64,000 nt of DNA, taken from contig CAWGJT010000010.1 of NCBI GenBank assembly GCA_963822965.1, positions 288,001 through 352,000 of the forward strand. Direction: 5' to 3'. Below are positions 39,096 through 52,282 of this stretch, piece after piece. Positions within the stretch are counted from its first letter, which is position 1, and each line of letters opens with the position of its first letter. A program made the position numbers and the translations under genes. The notes under the pieces were generated by a model, which was given only the letters and a program-made list of their open reading frames with translations, made no database searches and was not told the DNA's origin. This DNA comes from an uncultured delta proteobacterium (GTDB lineage Bacteria; Myxococcota_A; UBA9160; UBA4427).

Positions 39096-41596
39096 GGTTG
39101 CTCTTCCGTATCGTAGGTGTCGAGCTCGGTCTGCTGCGAGCCCCGGTCGGGTGCCTCCTCGGCGCTGGAATCGCCGCGCCGCAGCATCACGCCCGTGCTG
39201 AGCCCGAAGGCCTCGCTCAGCACTTCCGCCGCGTTCTCCGCCCGGCGGAGGGTGTCGTAGGGGCCGATGCGCAGCTCGAAGACCACCACGCCGTCGGCCT
39301 CGGTGGCGACGAGGGTGCCGTCGTAGCCCCGGTCGAGCAGGATGGTGAGCTTCTCGGCGGCGACGTCCTCGTCGTGGAAGACGCCGGCGGTCACGATGTA
39401 CTGGTCGGGGTGGGCGCGGGCCTCGATCTCGGCCTTGCGCGCGGCACGCTCCTCCTGACGCTCCTGCTCGATCTCGCGCATGCGGGAGAGCGGATAGCGG
39501 CGCGCCTGCTCCCGTAGGACTGCCTTGGCGGGGTTGCGGCTGAGGCTCGCCCCACTCGCCGCCCCGCTGGCGAGGTAGCCCTTGCCGAGCCGTTCCTCGA
39601 ACTGACGCCGCTTGCGGATCGACTCGAACTCCATGTCGGCGGGGCTGCGCACGATGTGGGGCGTGAGGAAGATCAGCAGGTTGATCTTCTCCAGGCTCCT
39701 CGTCCTCGTCTTGAAGAGCCAGCCGAGCGCCGGGATGTCGCCCAGGTACGGCGTCTTCTGGACCTCGTCGTCGTACTTCTCGCTGAGCAGGCCGCCGATG
39801 ACGACGGTCTGGCCGTCCGCCACCACCAGGGTGTTCTCGATGTTGCGCTTGGCCAGGGTGACGCCCACCTCCTCCACGTTGCCCGCCGCCGACGCCACGA
39901 CGTTGGTGTTCTCCTGGAAGATCTTGAGGCGCAAGGTGTCGCCTTCGCTGATCTGGGGCGTGACCCGCAGGTTCACGCCCACGTCCTGGCGCTCCACCGC
40001 GACCGAGGTGGTCTGCCCCGAGATGTTGCCGGTCGCCGTGTTGATGCGGTTCGTGATGATCGGGATGTTCTGGCCGATCTGGATCTCCGCCTCCTCGTTG
40101 TCCGAGGTCAGCAGGTGGGGAGCCGCCACGATGTTGGTGTTGCCGTCGTTCTGGGCGGCGTTGAGGATCGCCTGGATCGTCGTGTCGCCGCTCTCGTAGT
40201 AGAAGTTCGTGACGAAGTTGCGCGCGGTGGTCGCCGCCAGACCGGGCACGCCGAAGGGGGCGCCGCCCGCCGCGCTGGCGATCACCAGGTTGAAGGCCTT
40301 GTTGAGCTCGAGCCCGAGCTGCATGCCGAAGGTGTTCCCCTCGGTGACGTTCACCTCCATGATGAGCGCCTCGACGAGCACCTGGGGCCGCTCGATGTCG
40401 AGCTGCTCGATCACCTCGCGCAGGGTGTCGTAGGCTTCCTTGCTGGCCTGGATGACCAGGGAGTTCGTGGCCGGATCCGCGTTGAGCTGGATGCCCTCGG
40501 CGAGGGCGGTGACCGCGGCCCGGATGGCCTGGGGCTGGGCGGCGCCCGCCTGCCCGCGACCCGTCGTGCGGCCCGCCTGGGCCTGGCCCGTCAGCAGCCC
40601 CTGCAGGGTCTGGGCGAGCTCCTCCGCGTCCGCGTGCTTGAGGTAGTAGACGCGGATGCGGCCCTGCCCCTCGACGGGGACGTCGAGCGTCCGGATCAGC
40701 TCGCGGATGTCGTCGAGCTGGCTGCGCGACGCCAGCAGGATGAGCGAGTTCGTGCGCTCGTCGGTGATGATGCGGATCTTGCCCCGGGACGCCGGCTCGA
40801 CGGTGGGGGCGGGGGTCCGCGTGCGCCGACTCGAGCGGGCGCGGCGGGCCGCCGTCGCGCTCGTCGCCGCGGAGCTCGAGACGTCGGCGCCGTAGATCTC
40901 CGAGATCTGGTCGCCCAGGGTGGACGCGTCGGCGTGCTCCACCTTGATGACGGCGAACTCCTCCTTGAAGGTCTCGATGTCGATCGCCTCGAGGATGGTC
41001 AGCAGCCGCCGGATGTTCGTGGCGGTGTCGGTCAGGATGATCGTGTTCGTGGGCCCGTAGGCGACCATCGAGGCGTCCTTCGACACCAGCGGCTTGATGG
41101 TGTTCGTGATCGCCTCGGCGTCGATGTACTGCAGCGGGATGAGCCGCGTCACGAAATGGTCGCGCTTGGGGCTGGGTCGGTCGTCCTGGACGATCTCGGT
41201 GTTCGACTCCTTGGCCTCCCGCACGGGGATGATCTGCAGCACGCCCGCGGGGCCGTCGATGACCGTGAAGCCCTTCACCTTCAGGACGGACTCGAAGACC
41301 GCGTAGGCCTGCTCGAGGCTGACGGGGGAGGGCGACACGATCGTCACCTTGCCCCGCACCTTGTCGTCGTAGATGAAGTTCTTGCCCGTGGTGCGGGCGA
41401 TCATCTCGATCACCACGGCCAGGTCCACGTCCTTGAAGTCCAGGTGGACCGTCTCTTCCTTGTCGTTGCCGGTCTGCTGCTGGCCCCGGGGCGACGGCGC
41501 GGTGGCGCGCCGCTGGGCGCTGGCGGAGACGGCGGCGAGCAAGAGCACGCCCACCACGGCCAGCACCGCCAGGCGATGCGAACGGCGGCGGCTCAC
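39092..41596 (-). CDS. gspD: Type II secretion secretin D with C-terminal SPOR-like domain
   Basis: Signal peptide; N0-N3 domains; QVLVEALIMEV, DVGVNLRVTPQI, TPYLGDIPALGWLF, IFLTPHIV; extra YIVTAGVF...LRIGPY domain. Confidence 0.93.
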   Translation of the reverse strand: MSRRRSHRLAVLAVVGVLLLAAVSASAQRRATAPSPRGQQQTGNDKEETVHLDFKDVDLAVVIEMIARTTGKNFIYDDKVRGKVTIVSPSPVSLEQAYAVFESVLKVKGFTVIDGPAGVLQIIPVREAKESNTEIVQDDRPSPKRDHFVTRLIPLQYIDAEAITNTIKPLVSKDASMVAYGPTNTIILTDTATNIRRLLTILEAIDIETFKEEFAVIKVEHADASTLGDQISEIYGADVSSSAATSATAARRARSSRRTRTPAPTVEPASRGKIRIITDERTNSLILLASRSQLDDIRELIRTLDVPVEGQGRIRVYYLKHADAEELAQTLQGLLTGQAQAGRTTGRGQAGAAQPQAIRAAVTALAEGIQLNADPATNSLVIQASKEAYDTLREVIEQLDIERPQVLVEALIMEVNVTEGNTFGMQLGLELNKAFNLVIASAAGGAPFGVPGLAATTARNFVTNFYYESGDTTIQAILNAAQNDGNTNIVAAPHLLTSDNEEAEIQIGQNIPIITNRINTATGNISGQTTSVAVERQDVGVNLRVTPQISEGDTLRLKIFQENTNVVASAAGNVEEVGVTLAKRNIENTLVVADGQTVVIGGLLSEKYDDEVQKTPYLGDIPALGWLFKTRTRSLEKINLLIFLTPHIVRSPADMEFESIRKRRQFEERLGKGYLASGAASGASLSRNPAKAVLREQARRYPLSRMREIEQERQEERAARKAEIEARAHPDQYIVTAGVFHDEDVAAEKLTILLDRGYDGTLVATEADGVVVFELRIGPYDTLRRAENAAEVLSEAFGLSTGVMLRRGDSSAEEAPDRGSQQTELDTYDTEEQP

Positions 41597-42498
41597 TGAT
41601 CGTTCTCCAGCAGGCCGGGCAGCTCGTCCGGGCCGACGGTCAGGACCGTGCCGTCGAGGGTCTTGATGTTGATCTCGTCCGCCTCGACGAACTGGCTGAG
41701 CACGCGGGCGCCCGCCGCCGCGCTGTCCAGGTCCACCCCGTTGAAGGACGTGATGACGTCTCCGGCCTTGAGGCCCACCTTCTCGTATAGGCTGCCCGGC
41801 TCGATCTCCTGCAGCTCCATGCCGATCATCTGTCCGTCTTCCCAGTGGGGGATGATCTTGGCCTGGTTGAAGAGGCTGCGGGCGTCCCGACCCTCGTTCT
41901 GGTCGAGCTGCAGGGCGCGCAGCCGCTCGGTGAGCGGGGTGGGCTCGGGCCGCCGGGAGGCCACGCTGCGCCGGCTGGCGCGACGCGCCGCCGTGCGCAG
42001 CGGGGGCGGAGGCGGAGCGGTCCCTTCCTCGTCCAGCAGCAGCTCCTCCCGCTGGTTGCCGTTCTGCAGGATCACCCGCCGGCGCTCGATGCGGACCAGC
42101 CGGGCCTGGGGATGCTTCGCGAACGGATCCCCCTCGTGCAGGACCTCGGGGTCGCGGCCGGCGCTGTCGGCGATCGCCGCCTTGGAGTGCTCGCGGATGG
42201 ACGAGACCTGGGTGCCCAGCAGCTTGAGCGGCAGCTTCGTGGCCTCGAGGTCCTCCTGGGGAACGGGCGCGGGCTCGGCGGAAGCGAAGATCTGGGCTCC
42301 GAAGAGGTTCCGCTCCAGGATGGGCGTGCGCTCCGACCAGCTGCGCTGGACCACGGGAGCGGGCTCGACCCCCGAGGCGAACGACGAGGGACCCGGCATC
42401 AGCAGGTCGGCGCTCACGTCGTTCACGACGCTGGCGACCTGGAAGCAGCAGAGCGTAAACAGCGCGACATTGGCGATGCGGATTCCCAATCGACCCAT
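41593..42498 (-). CDS. gspC: Type II secretion protein C with PDZ domain
   Basis: N-terminal [17 protein letters not shown] domain, [16 protein letters not shown]. Confidence 0.88.
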   Translation of the reverse strand: MGRLGIRIANVALFTLCCFQVASVVNDVSADLLMPGPSSFASGVEPAPVVQRSWSERTPILERNLFGAQIFASAEPAPVPQEDLEATKLPLKLLGTQVSSIREHSKAAIADSAGRDPEVLHEGDPFAKHPQARLVRIERRRVILQNGNQREELLLDEEGTAPPPPPLRTAARRASRRSVASRRPEPTPLTERLRALQLDQNEGRDARSLFNQAKIIPHWEDGQMIGMELQEIEPGSLYEKVGLKAGDVITSFNGVDLDSAAAGARVLSQFVEADEINIKTLDGTVLTVGPDELPGLLENDQ

Positions 42499-42963
42499 GT
42501 GGTCCGCTTTCCTCGCGGCCGGTCCGTGGCTTCACCGGCGCCTTCCGACCAACCATCGTTCGCCAGGAAGCGCACTCCGTCGATGCGAGTCGCGCCGCGG
42601 CCTCGGCCCGACGCGAGACACCCCCCTCGGGCCCGTGGACCGGAGCCGGCGGACTATAGCCCTCACACCCTCCGCCACCAACCAAACCTTCGGAATTCCG
42701 GGGAGTTAGTGACTCGCTTACATTCCACCGAGGTCTCTATCGGCGATCCAGCCGACAAGCTTATGGACTCCGTGGCGCGAAGACGCGTTCCGACGGCATT
42801 TCGGGAGCTTCCGGGGCGGGCGCGGCCGGGCCCCCACAGGGGTGGCTGCCGCCAATTTCGGCGCCAGCGGTTGACATGCCGCCCTGGGGGTCGAGCCTTC
42901 GGCCCGCTTTTCACGCCGGCCCGACCGGCGCAGCCCTTATTTCTCTCGGGAGGCTCAAGGCCC

Positions 42964-44883
42964 ATGGCGGATTCAGGCAAGGTCATTGGAATCGACCTCG
43001 GAACGACCAACTCCGTGGTCTCGGTGATGGAGGGCGGTCAGCCCACCGTCATCGCAAACGAAGAGGGCGGGCGGACGACCCCCTCCGTGATCGCCTTCAC
43101 CGACGACGGCGAGCGCCTCGTCGGCTCGATCGCCAAGCGGCAATCGGTCACCAACCCCACCCGCACCATCTACTCGATCAAGCGCTTCATGGGGCGCCGG
43201 CTCGACGAGGTGCCCGAAGAGGTCCGCCTCGTTCCCTACGAGGTCGTGGCCGGGACCGACGGCGCCGCCGCGGTGGTCATCGACGGGAAGAGCTACACGC
43301 CGCCGGAGCTCTCGGCGATGATCCTGTCGAAGCTGAAGGCGGCGGCCGAGGCGCACCTGGGATCCACCGTGACGAGCGCGGTCATCACCGTGCCTGCGTA
43401 CTTCAACGACGCCCAGCGCCAGGCGACCAAGGACGCCGGACGCATCGCGGGTCTCGACGTGAAACGCATCATCAACGAGCCGACGGCCGCGGCCCTGGCC
43501 TACGGCCTCGACAAGCAGGAAGACGAGAAGATCGCGGTCTTCGACTTCGGCGGCGGCACCTTCGACATCTCGATCCTCGAGGTGGGCGAGAACGTCGTGG
43601 AGGTGAAGGCCACCAACGGCGACACGCACCTGGGCGGTGACAACCTCGACCAGCTGCTGATCGAGTACCTCGTCGCGGAGTTCAAGAAGGACCAGGGAAT
43701 CGACCTGATGTCGGACCCGATGGCCGTGCAGCGCCTGCGCGAGGCCGCCGAGAAGGCGAAGATCGAGCTGTCGAGCGCGCAGTCGACGGACGTCAACCTG
43801 CCGTACATCACCGCCGACAAGACGGGGCCCAAGCACCTGACGCTGAAGCTCTCCCGCGCGAAGTTCGAGCAGCTGATCGACGCCGCCGTCTCGCGCACCC
43901 TGGAGCCGTGCCGCAAGGCGCTGGCGGACGCCGGGCTGAAGCCCTCGGAGGTCGACGAGGTGGTGCTCGTCGGCGGCTCGACGCGCATTCCGCTCGTGCA
44001 GCGAAAGGTGAAGGAGCTCTTCGGGCGCGAGCCCAACCAGACGGTCAACCCCGACGAGGTGGTGGCCGTGGGCGCCGCCGTGCAGGGCGGCGTTCTCGCC
44101 GGCGAGGTGAAGGACGTCCTGCTGCTGGACGTGACGCCCCTGTCCCTGGGCATCGAGACCCTCGGTGGGGTCATGACGAAGCTGATCGAGCGCAACACGA
44201 CCATTCCCACCAAGGCCCAGCAGACCTTCTCGACGGCGGCGGACAATCAGCCGCAGGTGGAGATCCGGGTGCTGCAGGGCGAGCGGGAGATGGCGTCCGA
44301 CAACCGCGAGATCGGGCGCTTCTTCCTCGACGGGATCCCGCCGGCGCCGCGCGGCATGCCGCAGGTCGAGGTCACCTTCGACATCGACGCGAACGGCATC
44401 CTGTCGGTCTCGGCCAAGGACAAGGCGATCGGCAAGGAGCAGTCGGTGCGCATCGAGGGCGCCGGCGGCCTGGCCAAGGACGAGATCGAGCGGATGGTCA
44501 AGGACGCCGAGGCGCACGCCGCGGAGGACCACGCCCGCCGCGAGGGGATCGAGAAGAGGAACAACCTCGATTCGATCATCTACCAGGGCGAGAAGACCCT
44601 GGCGGACAGCGGCGAGAAGCTCGACGAGGCGGCTCGGAAGGGTCTGGAAGGCGTGCTCGCGGAGGCCCGGAAGGACCTCGAAGAGGGCGACCCGGCGCGC
44701 ATCGACGCCGCCCTGCAGCGGGTGCAGGCGGAGCTCCACAAGGTGGCGGAGCAGCTCTACAAGGCCGAGTCGGCGGGCGCCGAAGCGCCCGGCGCCGGCG
44801 CCGCCCCGGGCGGCGGGGGTGCGGCCTCGGGAGCCGACGACGTGATCGACGCCGAGTACACCGAGAAGCCCGAGGAGAGCTGA
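42964..44883 (+). CDS. dnaK: Chaperone DnaK (Hsp70)
   Basis: [49 protein letters not shown]. Confidence 0.98.
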   Translation: MADSGKVIGIDLGTTNSVVSVMEGGQPTVIANEEGGRTTPSVIAFTDDGERLVGSIAKRQSVTNPTRTIYSIKRFMGRRLDEVPEEVRLVPYEVVAGTDGAAAVVIDGKSYTPPELSAMILSKLKAAAEAHLGSTVTSAVITVPAYFNDAQRQATKDAGRIAGLDVKRIINEPTAAALAYGLDKQEDEKIAVFDFGGGTFDISILEVGENVVEVKATNGDTHLGGDNLDQLLIEYLVAEFKKDQGIDLMSDPMAVQRLREAAEKAKIELSSAQSTDVNLPYITADKTGPKHLTLKLSRAKFEQLIDAAVSRTLEPCRKALADAGLKPSEVDEVVLVGGSTRIPLVQRKVKELFGREPNQTVNPDEVVAVGAAVQGGVLAGEVKDVLLLDVTPLSLGIETLGGVMTKLIERNTTIPTKAQQTFSTAADNQPQVEIRVLQGEREMASDNREIGRFFLDGIPPAPRGMPQVEVTFDIDANGILSVSAKDKAIGKEQSVRIEGAGGLAKDEIERMVKDAEAHAAEDHARREGIEKRNNLDSIIYQGEKTLADSGEKLDEAARKGLEGVLAEARKDLEEGDPARIDAALQRVQAELHKVAEQLYKAESAGAEAPGAGAAPGGGGAASGADDVIDAEYTEKPEES

Positions 44884-44911
44884 GATTCGCCAGCGTCGTG
44901 ATCCGGATCCG

Positions 44912-45273
44912 TTGAACGAGCTCCTGGGCGAGTTCTCCGAGCGCTTGCGCGGCGATCCCTGGAAGCCGGCCGTGGACATCTTCGAGACGGACAGCGAGGT
45001 GTTCGTCCGTCTCGAGATGGCCGGCGTGCGGGGCGAGGACCTGCGTGTGAACGTGGACGCGGACGTGCTCCGCATCCGCGGCGTGCGCAGGACCCCGGCG
45101 GTGGACGGCGTGCGACGCCTGCACCAGATGGAGATCGCCTTCGGGCCCTTCGAGACGAGCGTCCGGCTCGGCATTCCCTTCGATCGCGACGGGGTGAGCG
45201 CCCACCTGGAGGACGGTCTCCTCGAGGTGCGCCTGCCCAAGCGCCGGCGCGTGCGCGTCGAGGTCCAGAGCGG

Positions 45274-45277
<4 letters not shown>
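44912..45277 (+). CDS. Hsp20/alpha-crystallin small heat-shock protein
   Basis: WKPAVDIFET, MEIAFGPFE, AHLEDGLLEVRLPK; start uncertain. Confidence 0.88.
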
Positions 45278-47721
<2,444 letters not shown>

Positions 47722-47761
47722 GCCGACCCGCTCCCGGGGGAGCGTCGTCCGACGCGTCCTC

Positions 47762-48598
47762 GTGGCTTCGAAGCTCCTGCCGTTGGCCCTCGTGGTTGCG
47801 CTCTCCGGCTGCGTGCTGCCCGGCACCTACGATCGCGTGGTCTCGGAGCGCGACGCGCTGGTCGCCGCGAAGCGCGACCTGGAAGAGCAGGTGCGCCTGC
47901 TGCGGATCGCGAACAAGAGCCTCGACGACCACGTGGCGAAGCTCGTGGACGAGCGCGAATCGCTGCTCGTCAAGCGCGACGAGCTCGAGTCGAACCTGAA
48001 GACGACCCGCGCGAAGCAGGAGCACCTGGCGAGCACCCTGCAGACCCGCGAGGAGGAGCTCGCCGTGACCGCCGCCGCCCTCGTCGAGCAGAGTGCCCGC
48101 GTCGACGAGCTCCAGAACACCTACGACGGCCTGGTCGGCGATCTGGAGGCAGAGGTCGCCAAGGGCGAGATCCGGATCGAGCAGCTGAAGGAAGGGCTCC
48201 AGGTGGGTGTCTCCCAGGACATCCTGTTTCCGTCCGGCTCGGCCGTCCTGAACGCCGACGGGACGAAGGTGCTGAAGACCGTGGCGTCGCGCCTCGCGAA
48301 CCTCTCCTACGCCATCGCCGTGGAGGGTCACAGCGACAACCTGCCCATCCGGGGATCTCTCCAGCAGCGCTACCCCACGAACTGGGAGCTGGCCGGTGCC
48401 CGGGCCGCGAGCGTCGTCCGGCTCTTCGTGGAGTCGGGGCTCGACGGCTCCCGCCTGACGGCCGTCTCCCACGGATCGACGGCCCCCATCGCCCCGAACG
48501 ACACACCCGAGGGCCGAGCCCTCAACCGCCGGATCGAGATCCGGCTGCGCCCGCTGGGAGACGACGGCGGCGCCGCCTCCCGCCCCCCGAGCTCGTGA
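47762..48598 (+). CDS. OmpA/MotB-domain coiled-coil lipoprotein
   Basis: Lipobox LSGC, coiled coil, ILFPSGS, VEGHSD, NWELAGARA, NRRIEI. Confidence 0.88.
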   Translation: MASKLLPLALVVALSGCVLPGTYDRVVSERDALVAAKRDLEEQVRLLRIANKSLDDHVAKLVDERESLLVKRDELESNLKTTRAKQEHLASTLQTREEELAVTAAALVEQSARVDELQNTYDGLVGDLEAEVAKGEIRIEQLKEGLQVGVSQDILFPSGSAVLNADGTKVLKTVASRLANLSYAIAVEGHSDNLPIRGSLQQRYPTNWELAGARAASVVRLFVESGLDGSRLTAVSHGSTAPIAPNDTPEGRALNRRIEIRLRPLGDDGGAASRPPSS

Positions 48599-49911
48599 GC
48601 TCACGCGATCGCCTGCAGGCGATCCTGGCTGCGGCCCTCCACGCAGTAGATGCGGGGCAGGCGGTGGCGCGCGCGCTGGGGCGCGAAGGGCGGCCCGGGG
48701 CCGGCGACCGGTTGCGGATCGCGGGCGATCCGGTGGCCCCTGACGCCCGGCTCTTCGTGCTCGCGCTCGGCAAGGCGGCGTGTCCCATGGCGGCCGCCGT
48801 CGAGCGCGTGGCGGGCGATCGCATCGCCGGGGGCCTGGCGGTGACCCGGGATGGCCACGGCGCGCCGCTCTCGTGCATGGCGGTCCGGGAAGCCGGGCAC
48901 CCCCTGCCCGACGCGCGCAGCGAGGCGGCGGCGCGCGAGGCGCTGGCATGCGCGGCGCGCGCGCGCCCGACCGACCTGCTGCTGGTGCTGCTCTCGGGGG
49001 GCGCGTCCGCGCTCACCGCCTGTCCGGCGGCGGGCCTGGACCTCGACGATCTCGTCGGCACCACCCGCGCGCTGCTCGCCTGCGGCGCGGACATCCACGA
49101 GATGAACACCGTCCGGAAGCACCTGAGCGCCTTCTCGGGAGGGTGGCTCGCCCGGGCCGCGGGCAGCGAGGCCATCGCCGTGCTGGTCGTCTCCGACGTT
49201 CCCGGGGACCGGCTCGACGTCATCGGCTCCGGCCCCTGCACGCCGGACCCCAGCACCTACGCCCAGGCCTTGTCGGTGCTCTCGCGCTACGGCGTCGAAG
49301 AAGCCGTGCCGCGGGCGGCGCGGGAAGCCCTGCTTGCCGGGGCGCGCGGGGCGCGGCCCGAGACGCCCAAGCCCGACGACCCGCGCTTCCCGCGCGTGCG
49401 GCAGACGATCGTGGCCCGCAACGCGGACGCGCGGCGGGCGGCCCTCGCCCAGGCCCGGGCCGAGGGCCTCGACGGGCGGGATCTGGGTGAGGTGCTCCGC
49501 GGCGAGGCGCGCGAGCAGGGCGTGAGGCTCGTCCGTCTCGCCCGGGAGACGCGCGGCGGGCGCCCCGCGTGCTGGGTGGCCGGGGGCGAGACGACCGTCA
49601 CGCTCCGGGGCCCGGGGCGGGGTGGCCGCAACCAGGAGCTGGCGCTCGCGGCCGCCCTCGCGCTGGCCGAGGAGGGACCCGAGGTGGCGCTGCTGGCCGC
49701 GGGGACCGACGGCAGCGACGGTCCCACGGACGCCGCCGGCGCCTTCGTGGACGCCGGCACCGTCGCACGCGGGGCCGCGGCGGGCGCCGACGCAGCGGCC
49801 GCGCTGGCCGCCAACGACTCCTACGGGTTCTTCGCCCGGGAGGGGGGACTCGTCACCACGGGCCCCACCGGCACCAACGTGATGGACCTCGCCCTCGTCG
49901 AGGTTCGCTGA
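48595..49911 (+). CDS. Glycerate kinase type 2 (DUF4147/MOFRL)
   Basis: GKAA, HPLPD, LSGGASAL, SDVPGD, GGETTV, GGRNQE, GTDGSDG, TGTNVMD. Confidence 0.92.
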   Translation: MSSRDRLQAILAAALHAVDAGQAVARALGREGRPGAGDRLRIAGDPVAPDARLFVLALGKAACPMAAAVERVAGDRIAGGLAVTRDGHGAPLSCMAVREAGHPLPDARSEAAAREALACAARARPTDLLLVLLSGGASALTACPAAGLDLDDLVGTTRALLACGADIHEMNTVRKHLSAFSGGWLARAAGSEAIAVLVVSDVPGDRLDVIGSGPCTPDPSTYAQALSVLSRYGVEEAVPRAAREALLAGARGARPETPKPDDPRFPRVRQTIVARNADARRAALAQARAEGLDGRDLGEVLRGEAREQGVRLVRLARETRGGRPACWVAGGETTVTLRGPGRGGRNQELALAAALALAEEGPEVALLAAGTDGSDGPTDAAGAFVDAGTVARGAAAGADAAAALAANDSYGFFAREGGLVTTGPTGTNVMDLALVEVR

Positions 49912-49945
49912 CCGCTCCTCGCGGCTTCCGGGCGCCGGGCGGGGC

Positions 49946-50977
49946 TCAGGCCGCCTCGAGCTCCTCGCGGTAGCTCCCGCTGCGCGCGAGCCCGTTCAGG
50001 CGCGCGCGCTTCAGGATGGCCTTCTGGGCGTCGCCGACGTTCTCCTTGCGGCCGGCCCAGGCCGACAGGGCGGGAGCCTGCAGGGCGCGCCCGTAGCTGA
50101 AGCTCAGCTGCCACGGGAAGCCGCCGATCCGGTTCATCTCGTTCAGGTGGGCCGTCGCGATCTCGTCGCTCTGGCCGCCCGACAGGAACACCACCCCCGG
50201 CATGGCCGGCGGCACGGTGTTCGAGAGGCAGCGGATCGTCTGGATGGCCACCTCGTGGACGCTCGCCTGCTGCGGGCAGTCGCTCCCCGAGAGCACCATG
50301 TTCGGCTTCAGGAGGATCTGCTCCAGGGGCACCCGCTGCCTCGCGAGGGCGGCGAAGACCGCGAGCTGGGTGCGGTAGGTGGCGTCGTAGCAGGCCTCGA
50401 TGGTGTGGCTGCCGTCCATCAGCACCTCGGGCTCGACGATGGGCACGAGGCCGTTCTCCACCGACAGCGCCGCGTAGCGGGCGAGGGCGTGGGCGTTCAC
50501 GTCGATGCAGGTGTCGCTCGGCAGACCATCGCCGATGGTGATCACCGCCCGCCACTTCGCGAAGCGGGCGCCCATGCCGGCGTACTCCACCAGCCGGTCG
50601 CGCAGGCCATCGAGCCCCTCGGTGACCTTCTCGCCGGGGCATCCGGCCAGCTCCTTCGCGCCGGTGTCCACCTTGATGCCCGGAATGATGCCCGCCTGCT
50701 GGAGGGCTTCGGGGACGGGCTTCCCGCTGGAGGCGTTCTGCCGGATCGTCTCGTCGTAGAGGATCACGCCGCTCACGAACTCCGAGAGGCCGGACGCGCT
50801 GAAGATGGCGTCGCGGTAGGCGATGCGGGACTCGGGGGTGGAGTCGACGTTGATCGAGGCGAAGCGCTTGCCGATGGTCCCGGTGCTCTCGTCGGCGGCG
50901 AGGATTCCCTTCTTCGGAGCGACGAGCTCCCGGGCGGTCTCCTCGAGCTTCTTGGCGTGGGGATGGGTCTTCTTCAT
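49946..50977 (-). CDS. Class I fructose-bisphosphate aldolase (eukaryote-like family)
   Basis: KGILAADES, AKWRAV, PIVEPEV, LLKPNMV (Schiff-base Lys), FLSGGQS, FSYGRALQ. Confidence 0.95.
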   Translation of the reverse strand: MKKTHPHAKKLEETARELVAPKKGILAADESTGTIGKRFASINVDSTPESRIAYRDAIFSASGLSEFVSGVILYDETIRQNASSGKPVPEALQQAGIIPGIKVDTGAKELAGCPGEKVTEGLDGLRDRLVEYAGMGARFAKWRAVITIGDGLPSDTCIDVNAHALARYAALSVENGLVPIVEPEVLMDGSHTIEACYDATYRTQLAVFAALARQRVPLEQILLKPNMVLSGSDCPQQASVHEVAIQTIRCLSNTVPPAMPGVVFLSGGQSDEIATAHLNEMNRIGGFPWQLSFSYGRALQAPALSAWAGRKENVGDAQKAILKRARLNGLARSGSYREELEAA

Positions 50978-51118
50978 GGGGCTGCTCCTGGTCCGCGCGG
51001 GGTACGACGAGATGCCGGCGCGGAATGCGTTGAACGGGCCCGGATGATAGCGAGGCGGGCTGCGGATGGCGGGGGTAGACTCGTCCTGGATCGAGAGGCT
51101 TCCGGAAGGGGAGGGACT

Positions 51119-51601
51119 GTGGCGATCAGCGCCGACGAATTCAGGGCCGCCCTGGCGACCCGGGCCGGCGCCGTTGCGATCGTGACCGCCCGAGCGGGCG
51201 AGCGGGTGCACGGCATGACGGTGACCGACTGGGCCGGGGTGTCCGTCGATCCGCCGCTGGTGCTCGTGTGCGCGGACAAGAAGTCGAACACCCTGGACAT
51301 GATCGAGAAGGGCAAGTGCTTCGCGATCAACGTGCTGGCGTCCGACCAGTGGGAGCTGTCGAATCGGTTCGCCTCCAAGCGGGACGAGTGGACGCGCTTC
51401 GAGGGGCTCGCCGTCGAAGAGGGGGAGACGGGGGCGCCGCTCCTGTGTGAGGCGGTCACCTGCCTCGACTGCAGCGTGGTGGCACAGCACGAGGCGGGGG
51501 ATCACTGGATCTTCGTCGGCCGCATCGAGCACGTCGTGCGCCGGGAGGGAGAGCCCCTCGTGTACCTGGACGGGGCGTATCGCCGCCTCGCCGACACCTG
51601 A
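51119..51601 (+). CDS. Flavin reductase-like protein
   Basis: FRAALA, VSVDPPLVLVC, FAINVL, AGDHWIFVG, PLVY..G.Y. Confidence 0.9.
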   Translation: MAISADEFRAALATRAGAVAIVTARAGERVHGMTVTDWAGVSVDPPLVLVCADKKSNTLDMIEKGKCFAINVLASDQWELSNRFASKRDEWTRFEGLAVEEGETGAPLLCEAVTCLDCSVVAQHEAGDHWIFVGRIEHVVRREGEPLVYLDGAYRRLADT

Positions 51602-51631
51602 GCGGGTCGACCGCTCGAGGAAGCGAATCGA

Positions 51632-52282
51632 ATGCCGGATCTGCGCTTCATCGTCTACTCCGACTATCTCTGACCCTGGTGCGTGAACGCAGACGGTCGT
51701 CTGCGCCGACTCGAGGCGGAGTATGGAGGCCGGGTGGAGCTCGAGTTCAAGAGCTTCCTGCTGCGGCCGCACCCGCGTCCCGCGCCTCGGGACGCGCTGG
51801 AGGCCGCCCAGGCGCTGGAGAAGTTCCGGGCCTACACGAAGGGCTGGGAGCGCATCGCGGCGGAGCCCGACGCGGGCGAGCTGCATGCCTGGACGGGAGA
51901 CGAGGGTCCGCCCTCCCACAGCATTCCGGCGCACCTCGTCGCCAAGGCGGCCGGTCGCTACGGACGCGAGGCCTTCCGCCGCATGCACGAGCGGCTGCTG
52001 CGGGCGTACTTCGTCGATCATCGGGACATCAGCCGGGAGCCGGTGCTGCGCGAGCTGTGGCTCGACGTGTCGCTACCCGAAGAAGGCTTCGCGGGCCACC
52101 GCGATCCGGCGCTGCTCGAGGCGGTGCTCGCGGACCACGACGAGGCGATTCAGCTCGGCGCCACGGGGGTGCCGGCGGTTCGTCTCGACGGCAACCCGGC
52201 GGTGATCGTGGGCGCCCAGCCCGTGCTGCTCTATCGGCGCTGGATCGAGCGGACGCTGGCCCGGGCGGAGGCGGCCCCGTGA
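51632..52282 (+). CDS. DsbA/FrnE-family thioredoxin-fold selenoprotein (UPWC; TGA at 51671-51673 read as Sec)
   Basis: ATG 51632 with GAGG RBS gives MPDLRFIVYSDYL-U-PWCVN..., in frame with ORF 51683-52282; C-terminal GATGVP cis-Pro motif; SECIS-like hairpin; selC in the window. Confidence 0.88.
51688..51705 (+). promoter_or_regulatory. Putative bacterial SECIS element
   Basis: CGCAGAC-GGTC-GTCTGCG stem-loop; the G-initiated loop lies 21 nt after the TGA. Confidence 0.7.

Noticed and set aside
42720..42963. CIRCE or sigma32 heat-shock element upstream of dnaK
   Set aside because: Only a lone TTGACA was found; no CIRCE inverted repeat or convincing -10 box.
47762..48598. Flagellar stator MotB
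   Set aside because: It has a lipobox and coiled coil instead of the MotB TM helix with the conserved Asp, and no motA is adjacent.
51671..51673. Nonsense mutation (pseudogene) in the DsbA-like gene
   Set aside because: The TGA sits exactly at the catalytic Cys position, is followed by a SECIS-like hairpin, and selC is present.
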